A stretch of DNA of 64,000 nucleotides from Gemmatimonadales bacterium (GTDB taxonomy: Bacteria; Gemmatimonadota; Gemmatimonadetes; Gemmatimonadales; GWC2-71-9): positions 41,242-105,241 of the forward strand of contig JBQCGH010000105.1 of assembly GCA_051955835.1 (NCBI GenBank), in the 5' to 3' direction. The first letter of the stretch is position 1. Every line of letters begins with the position of its first letter. This document shows, piece after piece, positions 57,010 through 64,000 of the stretch. Position numbers and translations under genes: made by a program. The notes beneath the pieces are model-generated. The model was not told the origin of the DNA. It did not search any database and was given only the letters and a program-made list of their open reading frames with translations.

Positions 57010-57947
57010 CGTCCGCTCTCCGGTCGAGGCCTCGAGGCGAGGGCGGCTCGCACGTTGCGACGCATGCCGGCGAGGCCGGGCCGCGCGAACGGTGTCGAGC
57101 CGTAGCGTCGGTCGAATTCGTCGGCGTCCATCCCGTCGAAATGCGTGTCGGTGACGTCCGCGAGCGAATGTTGCGGACGCAGCTCGATCACGGCGGTGGG
57201 CGACGCGAATCGCTCGTTCCACGGGCACACGTCGTTGCAGATATCGCAGCCGAAGGCGTAGCCGGCCAGGCGTTCGACCAGCGCGTCGGGAATGGGACCG
57301 CGCTGTTCGATCGTGAGATACGAGATACAGCGCGTCGCGTCGAGCAGCCGTGGCTGGACCAGTGCGCCCGTCGGACACGCCTCGAGACAGCGTGTGCAGG
57401 TCCCGCAGTGGTCGGTCGTGAAGGGCGGGTCGGGGGCGAGCGGGAGATCGGTGAAGATCGAACCGATGAAAAAGAAGGACCCCGACCCTGGCCGGATCAG
57501 CATCGTGTTCTTGCCGATCCAGCCGAGGCCGGCGCGCTGGGCCAGCTCGCGCTCAGGCACCGGACCCGCGTCGACGTAGGGGCGAGCCACCACGGCACCG
57601 CGCGCGCGGAGCCAGTCGGCCAGCCGCTCGATTCGCGCCAGGGTAACGTGATGGTAGTCCTCGCCGCGCGCGTATTTCGCCACCCTTGGGGCGGCGAGGT
57701 CGCTCTCCCCGTCCGGCGTATAGTAGTTCTCGAGCAGCACCACGACGGCGAGCGACTCAGGGACGGTGATCCGCGGATCTTTTCGGCGGCGGGCCTGACG
57801 ATGCATGTAGCGCATCGTTCCGGCGTACCCCTTCGCGAGCCACTCGTCCAACCGCTCGGCGTGGGGCGGCGGGCCCGGATCGGTGATCCCGCAAGCCAAA
57901 AACCCGAGCCGCCGGGCTTCCGCCTTCAGAGCTTCGGCCACCGTCAC
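57006..57947 (-). CDS. queG: tRNA epoxyqueuosine(34) reductase
   Basis: GWIGKNTMLI, CGTCTRCLEACPTGAL, CISYLTIE and CDICNDVCPWN are QueG Fe-S/cobalamin-domain motifs. Confidence 0.9.
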   Translation of the reverse strand: MTVAEALKAEARRLGFLACGITDPGPPPHAERLDEWLAKGYAGTMRYMHRQARRRKDPRITVPESLAVVVLLENYYTPDGESDLAAPRVAKYARGEDYHHVTLARIERLADWLRARGAVVARPYVDAGPVPERELAQRAGLGWIGKNTMLIRPGSGSFFFIGSIFTDLPLAPDPPFTTDHCGTCTRCLEACPTGALVQPRLLDATRCISYLTIEQRGPIPDALVERLAGYAFGCDICNDVCPWNERFASPTAVIELRPQHSLADVTDTHFDGMDADEFDRRYGSTPFARPGLAGMRRNVRAALASRPRPESGR

Positions 57948-59245
57948 GCGGACTTGGCCTGCCGATCGGTCGCTGCGGTCTCCGCCGGCGGCGGCAGCTC
58001 GCCGGTGATGAGCCTCGCGCCCCGGCTATAGCTGGCGTAGGACAGTGCCCACTCGAGCAGGACCAGCACCCGGTTGCGGAAGCCGATGAGGAAGAAGATG
58101 TGCACGAAGATCCAGACCAGCCACGCGATGAACCCGCCGAAGCGGAGCCGCCAGATGTCGGCGACGGCCTGACCGCGCCCGATCACCGCGAGCTGTCCTT
58201 TGTCCCAGTACTGGAATGGACGCCGCGGGCGGCCGGCGAGGTCGCCGACGATGGCGCGCGCGGCGTACTCACCCATCTGAATGGCGACCGGCGAGACGCC
58301 GGGGAGCGTGCCACCTCCGTGATGGGAGAACGCCGCCGCGTCGCCGAGGACGAAGACCTCGGGATGACCCGGGATAGTGCAATCCGGCTCGACGATCGCG
58401 CGGCCGGCACTGTCGAGCGGCGTGCCAAGCTCGCGGAGGACCGGGCTTGCCGTGTTGCCGGCGGCCCAGATCACGGTTTCCGTGGGGATGATCCAGCCCG
58501 CTGCCGCCACGAAACCCGGCCGGATGTCCGTTACGAGTGTGTCGATCCGGACCTCGACGCCCAGCCGGCGAAGCTCGAGCTTGGCCAGGTCGCTCAGCTT
58601 GGGCGGGTAGGAGGGCAGCAACCGGGGTCCGCCTTCGAGCAGAAGCACCGTGGCCTCGCCCGGGTCGATGTGGCGGAAATCGCGCCGCAGCGCGTAGCGC
58701 CGGATCTCCGCAACGGCGCCCGCCATCTCTACGCCGGTTGGACCGCCACCCACGATGACGAACGTGAGATAGCCGTGCCGCCGCCTCGGGTCGGGCTCGC
58801 GCTCCGCCTTCTCGAAGGCGAGCAACACCCGTCGCCGGATCTCGAGCGCGTCCTCCAGGCTCTTGAGGCCAGGAGCGAGCGGCTCCCACTCATCATGGCC
58901 GAAGTACGAGTGGCGCGCGCCCGTGGCCACGATCAGGTAGTCGTATTGGAGGGTGCTTCCGTCGGTAAATCCCACGCGCCGAGCGCTCACGTCGATCGTG
59001 CTCGCCTCGGCCAGCAGCACCTCGGTGTTCTTCGAATGCCGGAGGATCGAGCGGATGGGCGACGCGATGTCGCTGGGATTGAGCCCCGCCGTCGCCACCT
59101 GGTACAGCATGGGCTGAAACAGATGGTGATTCCGGCGGTCCACGAGCGTGACCCGCACGGGCGCGTTCTTGAGGGCGCGGGCGGCGTACAGGCCGCCGAA
59201 CCCGCCGCCCAGGATCAGGACGTGGGGCCGCTCGTCGCCGCTCAC
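57944..59245 (-). CDS. ndh: Type II NADH dehydrogenase (NDH-2)
   Basis: VLILGGGFGGLYAARAL, HLFQPMLYQVATAGL and FVIVGGGPTGVEMAGA are dinucleotide folds. A C-terminal membrane-association region is present. GTG 59245 overlaps the upstream stop (GTGA) and has GGGAGA upstream. Confidence 0.9.
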   Translation of the reverse strand: MSGDERPHVLILGGGFGGLYAARALKNAPVRVTLVDRRNHHLFQPMLYQVATAGLNPSDIASPIRSILRHSKNTEVLLAEASTIDVSARRVGFTDGSTLQYDYLIVATGARHSYFGHDEWEPLAPGLKSLEDALEIRRRVLLAFEKAEREPDPRRRHGYLTFVIVGGGPTGVEMAGAVAEIRRYALRRDFRHIDPGEATVLLLEGGPRLLPSYPPKLSDLAKLELRRLGVEVRIDTLVTDIRPGFVAAAGWIIPTETVIWAAGNTASPVLRELGTPLDSAGRAIVEPDCTIPGHPEVFVLGDAAAFSHHGGGTLPGVSPVAIQMGEYAARAIVGDLAGRPRRPFQYWDKGQLAVIGRGQAVADIWRLRFGGFIAWLVWIFVHIFFLIGFRNRVLVLLEWALSYASYSRGARLITGELPPPAETAATDRQAKSA

Positions 59246-59502
59246 AGTCCCAACGTCTCCCGCCGCCAGCGCGCGAAGCGCACGACATCGTCCGCCGGAG
59301 GAATGGCGTCCTCGTCGGCGTAGGCCGTGTACATCCTCCACCGGAGGTACTCGCGGTCGGGCACCGGGAGGAAGGGTGCCCTGGTCCACCACCGGCGGCG
59401 GCGAAAGGCCCACGCGGTGCGCAGCAGGTCGAGCGCGAGCCGCGGCCGCAGGATGGCTCGCCAGGCGAGCGCGGCCGTGAGGGAGGTCCAGGAGTCCGCC
59501 AT
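59242..59502 (-). CDS. Small hypothetical protein (86 aa) heading the ndh-queG unit
   Basis: MADSWTSLTAALAWRAILRPRLALDLLRTAWAFRRRRWWTRAPFLPVPDREYLRWRMYTAY... A TATACT box lies 6 nt upstream of ATG 59502. No family recognised. Confidence 0.45.
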   Translation of the reverse strand: MADSWTSLTAALAWRAILRPRLALDLLRTAWAFRRRRWWTRAPFLPVPDREYLRWRMYTAYADEDAIPPADDVVRFARWRRETLGL

Positions 59503-59635
59503 GGCCGAAGTATAGGCGCGCGCCGCTCCGCCGCCACACGAATGGCGCCCCGGGGATCGCTCCGCGGGCCGAGTCCCACGGTCATCCGCGGACGCTCCGC
59601 ACCGATCGGTCGACGGAGCCTCTATATTGTGCACC

Positions 59636-60781
59636 ATGCCGACTGCCGCCGCCGCGCCGCCGCGGGACTATCGGGCGGAGTTCCCCATCTTCCGCCGCGC
59701 GGTCTACCTCACCCGCTGCTCGCTCGGCGCCTTGTCCGCGCGGTCGCGCGCCCGGGTCAACGAGTGCCTGGATCTTTGGGAGACCCTCGGCGCCGCGGCG
59801 TGGTACGAGATCTGGTGGACCGCCCTGGCCGAGCTGCGCGCGCGCTACGCACGCTGGATCGGCGCTGCCGTCGGGTCGGTGGCGCTCCACCCGAACATCT
59901 CGACCGCGCTCACCTCGGTGGCGGAGTCGCTCGACTATCGCCGCCGGCCACGTGTCGTGGTCACGAGCCTCGATTTCCCGACTCTCGCGTATCAATGGCT
60001 GGCGCGTGCCGGTGAGGGCATCGAGCTGGTGGTGGTCGAGAGCCCCGACGGGGTGAGCGTGCCGGTGGAGGCGCTGGCACGCGCGGTCGATGGCCGGACC
60101 GCGCTGCTCGCTACCAGCCACGTCTTCTTCACCAGCGGGGCCATCCAGGACCTGCGCGCGCTGGCCGACCTGGCCCACGCGCGCGGCGCGTTTTTCCTGG
60201 TGGACGGCTACCATGGCGTCGGCCAGGTACCCGTGGACGTCGCAGCGCTCGATGTGGACTTCTACTGCAGCGGCGGACTCAAATGGATGCTCGGCGGACC
60301 GGGTGTGGCGTTCATGTACGCCCGGGCGGAGCTCTGGCCGTCCCTGCTGCCGCGCGCCAGCGGCTGGTTCGCGCACCGCGACCAGTTCCGCTTCGATCCG
60401 CGCACGCTCGAGCTTCACGACGACGCCCGCCGGCTCGAGGGCGGCACGCCGGCCATCGCCGCCGTCTACGCGCAGCTGGGTGGACTGGACATCCTGGAGG
60501 AGCTCGGGCCCGAGGAGATCCGACGCCGTACCATGGCGCTCGCCGAGGATCTGATCGAAGCGGCCCGAGCGGCCGGGCTCGAGCCGAAGGTCGCCGCCAC
60601 TCCCGCCGAGCGCACCGGGATCGTCATGCTGCCGCGCGCCACCCCGGCCGCCGACGTGCGCCGACTGGCCGAGGCCGGCATCGTGACCGACGCACGGCCC
60701 GGCCACGTGCGCGTGTCGCCATACTTCTACAACGTCCCCGACGATCACCGGGCCGCCATCGAGCGTCTGATCCGTGACTAA
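59636..60781 (+). CDS. Class V aminotransferase-fold PLP enzyme (kynureninase/cysteine-desulfurase-like)
   Basis: ...FLVDGYHGVGQVPVDV..DFYCSGGLKWMLGGPGVAFMY... (PLP Lys in GGLKW). ATG 59636 has a TATATT box 7 nt upstream. Confidence 0.8.
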   Translation: MPTAAAAPPRDYRAEFPIFRRAVYLTRCSLGALSARSRARVNECLDLWETLGAAAWYEIWWTALAELRARYARWIGAAVGSVALHPNISTALTSVAESLDYRRRPRVVVTSLDFPTLAYQWLARAGEGIELVVVESPDGVSVPVEALARAVDGRTALLATSHVFFTSGAIQDLRALADLAHARGAFFLVDGYHGVGQVPVDVAALDVDFYCSGGLKWMLGGPGVAFMYARAELWPSLLPRASGWFAHRDQFRFDPRTLELHDDARRLEGGTPAIAAVYAQLGGLDILEELGPEEIRRRTMALAEDLIEAARAAGLEPKVAATPAERTGIVMLPRATPAADVRRLAEAGIVTDARPGHVRVSPYFYNVPDDHRAAIERLIRD

Positions 60782-61571
60782 CAGCCCCTACCGCCATCTG
60801 GGCGACAACAAGCTGCCCACCGAAGACGAGCAGCTCCTCGAGAGCCCTCCTCCGCTCCGCCCCGAGCAGCTCTTCCTCAAGTCCGATTCATGGCGCGTGC
60901 TTCGCATCATGGGCGAGTTCGTCTGGGGCTTCGACAACCTGGCGGACGTCAGCGACGGGGTGACCATCTTCGGCTCGGCGCGCACCCTCCGCGGCGACCC
61001 CTACTACGTGAAAGCGGTGCAGACGGCCATGCTGCTCGCGAAGGCGGGCATCCCCGTGATTACGGGCGGCGGCCCCGGCATCATGGAGGCGGCGAACAAG
61101 GGGGCCTCCGAGGCGGGCGGCGTCTCGGTCGGGTGCAACATCGAGCTGCCGTTCGAGCAGGGCTCGAATCCGTATCTCACCCGGAGCCTGAATTTCAAGT
61201 TCTTCTTCGTGCGAAAGACGATGTTCGTGAAGTACGCTACCGCGTTCATCGTCTTTCCCGGCGGCTACGGGACGCTCGACGAGCTCTTCGAGGCGCTGAC
61301 CCTGATCCAGACCGGCAAGGTCAAACACTTCCCCGTGATCCTGTTCGGGAGCGCCTACTGGGCGGGCCTGGTGGACTGGCTCACCCGCACGGTGGCCGAA
61401 GAGCGGAAAATCAATCCCGCGGACCTCCTCCTGTTCCGCGTGACCGATGACCCCGAAGAGGCGGCGCGCATCGTCATCGAGGCCCGGGCCGAGAAACCGG
61501 TCGACGAGGTCGCCCGCATGACCAACGAGTACATCATCCGGGCTCCAGCCAAGCGCAAGGATGCGACATGA
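60774..61571 (+). CDS. LOG family / TIGR00730 Rossmann-fold nucleotide-binding protein
   Basis: [17 protein letters not shown] and [22 protein letters not shown] are the LOG (PGGxGTxxE) signature. Confidence 0.9.
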   Translation: MTNSPYRHLGDNKLPTEDEQLLESPPPLRPEQLFLKSDSWRVLRIMGEFVWGFDNLADVSDGVTIFGSARTLRGDPYYVKAVQTAMLLAKAGIPVITGGGPGIMEAANKGASEAGGVSVGCNIELPFEQGSNPYLTRSLNFKFFFVRKTMFVKYATAFIVFPGGYGTLDELFEALTLIQTGKVKHFPVILFGSAYWAGLVDWLTRTVAEERKINPADLLLFRVTDDPEEAARIVIEARAEKPVDEVARMTNEYIIRAPAKRKDAT

Positions 61572-62743
61572 CCCGACCGTCGGCGCAGTACCTTCGCGGG
61601 CAGCGCATCGAGCCCACGGCCATCACGGGGCGCGAGACCGTCGCCGCGCTGGTCGACAACGCGTTCCTCGCGTACAACGCCGGGCGCTTGCGCGAGGGCT
61701 GCCAGCTCTTCACCCAGCGCATGCTCGAGTCCGACACCACGGTCGGCATGACGCTCACGGGTGCCATGACGCCGGCGGGCATCGGCATGAGCTGTCTCAT
61801 TCCGCTCATGGAAGCGGGCTTCGTGGACTGGGTGATTTCCACCGGGGCCAACCTCTATCACGACGCTCACTTCGCGCTCGGGCTCCCGATGCATCGGGGA
61901 ACCCCCAATGCGGACGACGTCGAGCTGCGCGACAAGGGCGTGGTGCGGATCTACGACATCTTCTTCGACTACAACGTGCTGCTCTCGACCGACAGGTTCG
62001 TCCGCGAGGTATCGGCGCGGCCCGAGTTCCAGCGGCCGATGAGCACGGCGGAGTACCACTACCTGCTCGGCGGGTACGTGCGCGAGCGCGAGCAGGCCCT
62101 CGGCCTGAGCCGCCGCTCGGTGCTGGCCGCCGCCCACGAGCTCGAGGTGCCGCTGTACACCAGCTCGCCAGGCGACAGCTCGATCGGCATGAACGTGGCG
62201 GAGCAGGCCCTTGCCGGCAGCAAGCTGCGGTTCGATGTGAGCGCAGACGTGAACGAGACGGCGAGCATCGTGCTCGACGCCAAGCGGACGGGGGGGAAAA
62301 GCGGGGTGCTGATCGTGGGCGGCGGCAGCCCCAAGAACTTCATGCTGCAGACCGAGCCACAGATCCAGGAGGTGCTCGGCATCGACGAACGTGGCCACGA
62401 CTATTTCCTGCAGATGACGGATGCGCGCCCCGACACCGGGGGTCTGTCGGGCGCTACGCCGGCGGAGGCAGTGAGCTGGGGCAAGATCGACCCCGACCAG
62501 CTGCCGGGCACGGTCGTCGTGTACGCCGACAACTCGATCGCGCTTCCGCTGCTCACGGGCTACGCGATGGAGAAGCGCGCGGCGCGGCCGCTGAAGCGGC
62601 TCTACGGCAAGCGCCAGGCGATGATGGATCGACTGCTCACGGAGTACCGCTCCGCGCTCGCCTTCAGGGACGAGCGGGCGGAGGAATCGCTGTCGCACAT
62701 GCACCCTGGGGCGGGTGGAGCGGAGACGACGGCGCGGCGATAG
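61568..62743 (+). CDS. Deoxyhypusine synthase-like protein
   Basis: ...[12 protein letters not shown]...[20 protein letters not shown]...VGGGSPKNF... matches the deoxyhypusine synthase family fold. The ATGA overlaps the LOG stop. Confidence 0.88.
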   Translation: MTRPSAQYLRGQRIEPTAITGRETVAALVDNAFLAYNAGRLREGCQLFTQRMLESDTTVGMTLTGAMTPAGIGMSCLIPLMEAGFVDWVISTGANLYHDAHFALGLPMHRGTPNADDVELRDKGVVRIYDIFFDYNVLLSTDRFVREVSARPEFQRPMSTAEYHYLLGGYVREREQALGLSRRSVLAAAHELEVPLYTSSPGDSSIGMNVAEQALAGSKLRFDVSADVNETASIVLDAKRTGGKSGVLIVGGGSPKNFMLQTEPQIQEVLGIDERGHDYFLQMTDARPDTGGLSGATPAEAVSWGKIDPDQLPGTVVVYADNSIALPLLTGYAMEKRAARPLKRLYGKRQAMMDRLLTEYRSALAFRDERAEESLSHMHPGAGGAETTARR

Positions 62744-62790
62744 CCCGGATCTCGTCTGGCTCACCGGCGCCGCCCTGACATCCGGGTCCG

Positions 62791-63126
62791 CTACTTCGCC
62801 CGAAACATCAGCTCCACCAGCTCCTCATACATCGCCTCCGCCTGCGCCGGGTCCTCCGACCGGATGGCCTCGGCCGCGCAATGCTTGAGATGGTTGTGCA
62901 GCAGCGAGCGGCTTACCCCACGGAGCGCCTCCTGCACCGACGACACCTGCGTCAGGACATCGGCGCAGTAGCGCTCCTCGTCCACCATCTTCTGCAGGCC
63001 GCGGATCTGTCCCTCGATGCGCCGAAGCCGCGTCTGCACCGCGCGCTTGGTCTCGGGGTCCACGGCCACCGCGTGGGTGCCGTCCCCGGGACGGGCGCAC
63101 GCGCAGGGCACGATGGTTTCGTTCAT
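62791..63126 (-). CDS. csoR: CsoR/RcnR family metal-sensing repressor
   Basis: RLRRIEGQIRGLQKMVDEERYCADVLTQVSSVQEALRGV...HLKHC is the CsoR helix bundle with Cys/His/Cys ligands. The ATGA overlaps the copA stop. Confidence 0.85.
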   Translation of the reverse strand: MNETIVPCACARPGDGTHAVAVDPETKRAVQTRLRRIEGQIRGLQKMVDEERYCADVLTQVSSVQEALRGVSRSLLHNHLKHCAAEAIRSEDPAQAEAMYEELVELMFRAK

Positions 63127-64000
63127 GCTCGACCTCCCGACGTAAAGCGGCGGAGCCGCAGACTGTTGGACACCACGCTTACCGAGCTCACGGCCATGGC
63201 CGCCGCCGCCATGGCCGGCGTGAGGCGGAGGCCGAAGGCGGGATAGAGTACGCCGGCCGCGATCGGAATGCCGATCACATTGTAGACGAATGCCCAGAAC
63301 AGGTTCTGCCGGATAATGCGCAGCGTCCGGCGGGCCAGCACGATTGCCGTCACCACGGCCCGGGGGTCGCCGCGCATGAGCGTGACCGCGCCCGCCTCGA
63401 TCGCCACGTCGGTGCCGGTGCCGATGGCGATGCCCACGTCTGCCGCCGCGAGGGCCGGTGCGTCATTGAGCCCGTCGCCCACCATCGCAACCACGCGCCC
63501 CTCCGCCTGGAGCCGCCGAATCTCCTCGAGCTTCCGGTCGGGTGGAACCTCCGCCAGCACCCTTCCGATGCCCACGCTTCGCGCCACGCTCTCCGCGGTG
63601 CGCTGCGCGTCGCCGGTAAGCATGACCGTCTCGAGGCCCAGCGCCCCCAGCCGGGCCACCGCCTCCGCGCTCGCCGGCTTCACCGGGTCGGCCACCGCGA
63701 CGAGCCCCGCGAGTGCACCATCCACGGCGACGAACACCGGCGTCCATCCACGCGCCGCGACCTCGTCGCCGCGGGTGAGCAGCGGTGTCGGGTCTACGCC
63801 CTGCTCTCGGAGCAGCACGATGTTGCCCACGGCAACCCGATGACCGAGCACCGCGGCCAGGACGCCCTGGCCCGTCCGGCTCTCGAAGCCGTCGGTCGAG
63901 TCGAACGCCACGCCCTCCTGCGCCGCTGCCACGAGAATCGCTTCGCCGAGCGGATGCTCGCTCAGCCGCTCGGCGGCGGCGAACCCGAGCAACTCACGCT
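63123..64000 (-). CDS. copA: Heavy-metal (Cu+) translocating P1B-type ATPase, C-terminal part; 5' end lies outside the window
   Basis: MLTGD, VAMVGDGLNDAPALAAADVGIAIGTGTDVAIEA and the final two TM helices. The frame is open to the window edge. Confidence 0.9.
   Translation of the reverse strand, partial: RELLGFAAAERLSEHPLGEAILVAAAQEGVAFDSTDGFESRTGQGVLAAVLGHRVAVGNIVLLREQGVDPTPLLTRGDEVAARGWTPVFVAVDGALAGLVAVADPVKPASAEAVARLGALGLETVMLTGDAQRTAESVARSVGIGRVLAEVPPDRKLEEIRRLQAEGRVVAMVGDGLNDAPALAAADVGIAIGTGTDVAIEAGAVTLMRGDPRAVVTAIVLARRTLRIIRQNLFWAFVYNVIGIPIAAGVLYPAFGLRLTPAMAAAAMAVSSVSVVSNSLRLRRFTSGGRA

Overview
This is a visibly GC-rich bacterial chromosomal segment carrying about 65 tightly packed protein genes. 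All calls rest on reading the sequence and the ORF track by eye; no searches or computations were run. I found no rRNA, tRNA, CRISPR array, transposase or phage genes. Many long track ORFs are read-through or antisense shadow artefacts of GC-rich DNA, so I trimmed starts using homology-like N-termini, Shine-Dalgarno or -10 elements, and ATGA/GTGA stop-start overlaps.

Gene content in order:
- RND efflux pair (adaptor tail plus AcrB-like pump).
- M32 carboxypeptidase, divergent from an ATP-grasp-like ligase.
- A long minus-strand unit: VOC dioxygenase, DctA, secreted Xaa-Pro aminopeptidase, DUF4230, hypothetical.
- A RuBisCO-like protein, cupin and VOC unit.
- A degenerate ECF sigma fragment.
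- GT4 glycosyltransferase plus amylo-alpha-1,6-glucosidase.
- Ser/Thr kinase coupled to pyrE.
- GWxTD lipoprotein, polA, MMPL transporter, matrixin-like protease, beta-lactamase-family hydrolase, DUF59, RNase D, a thioesterase/hydrolase fusion, 7Fe ferredoxin and def.
- A complete sufR-sufBCDSU operon followed by a bacilliredoxin.
- mnmG, two parS sites, then parA-parB-M23 peptidase-bactofilin. This is an origin-proximal type of region, but rsmG is missing.
- A BMP-type ABC transporter with an embedded Nif3 gene.
- plsC, an AI-2E transporter, DUF4157, small VOC and DUF4112.
- A 0.7-kb unassigned gap.
- A minus-strand unit: small hypothetical, ndh, queG, dinB and DUF2905.
- Class V aminotransferase, LOG and deoxyhypusine-synthase-like genes.
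- csoR and the 3' part of copA.

Most unusual observations:
- The short RuBisCO-like protein is coupled to a cupin and flanked by two VOC 'ring-cleaving dioxygenase' paralogs, with no methionine-salvage partners nearby.
- About ten transcription-unit heads carry a TAnnnT box 5-9 nt upstream of the ATG, suggesting leaderless mRNAs.
- AT-rich control islands upstream of sufR and parA share motifs.
- The 0.7-kb gap at 55.6-56.3 kb has no assignable feature.

The gene set hints at Gemmatimonadota or a neighbouring lineage, but this is a weak inference.
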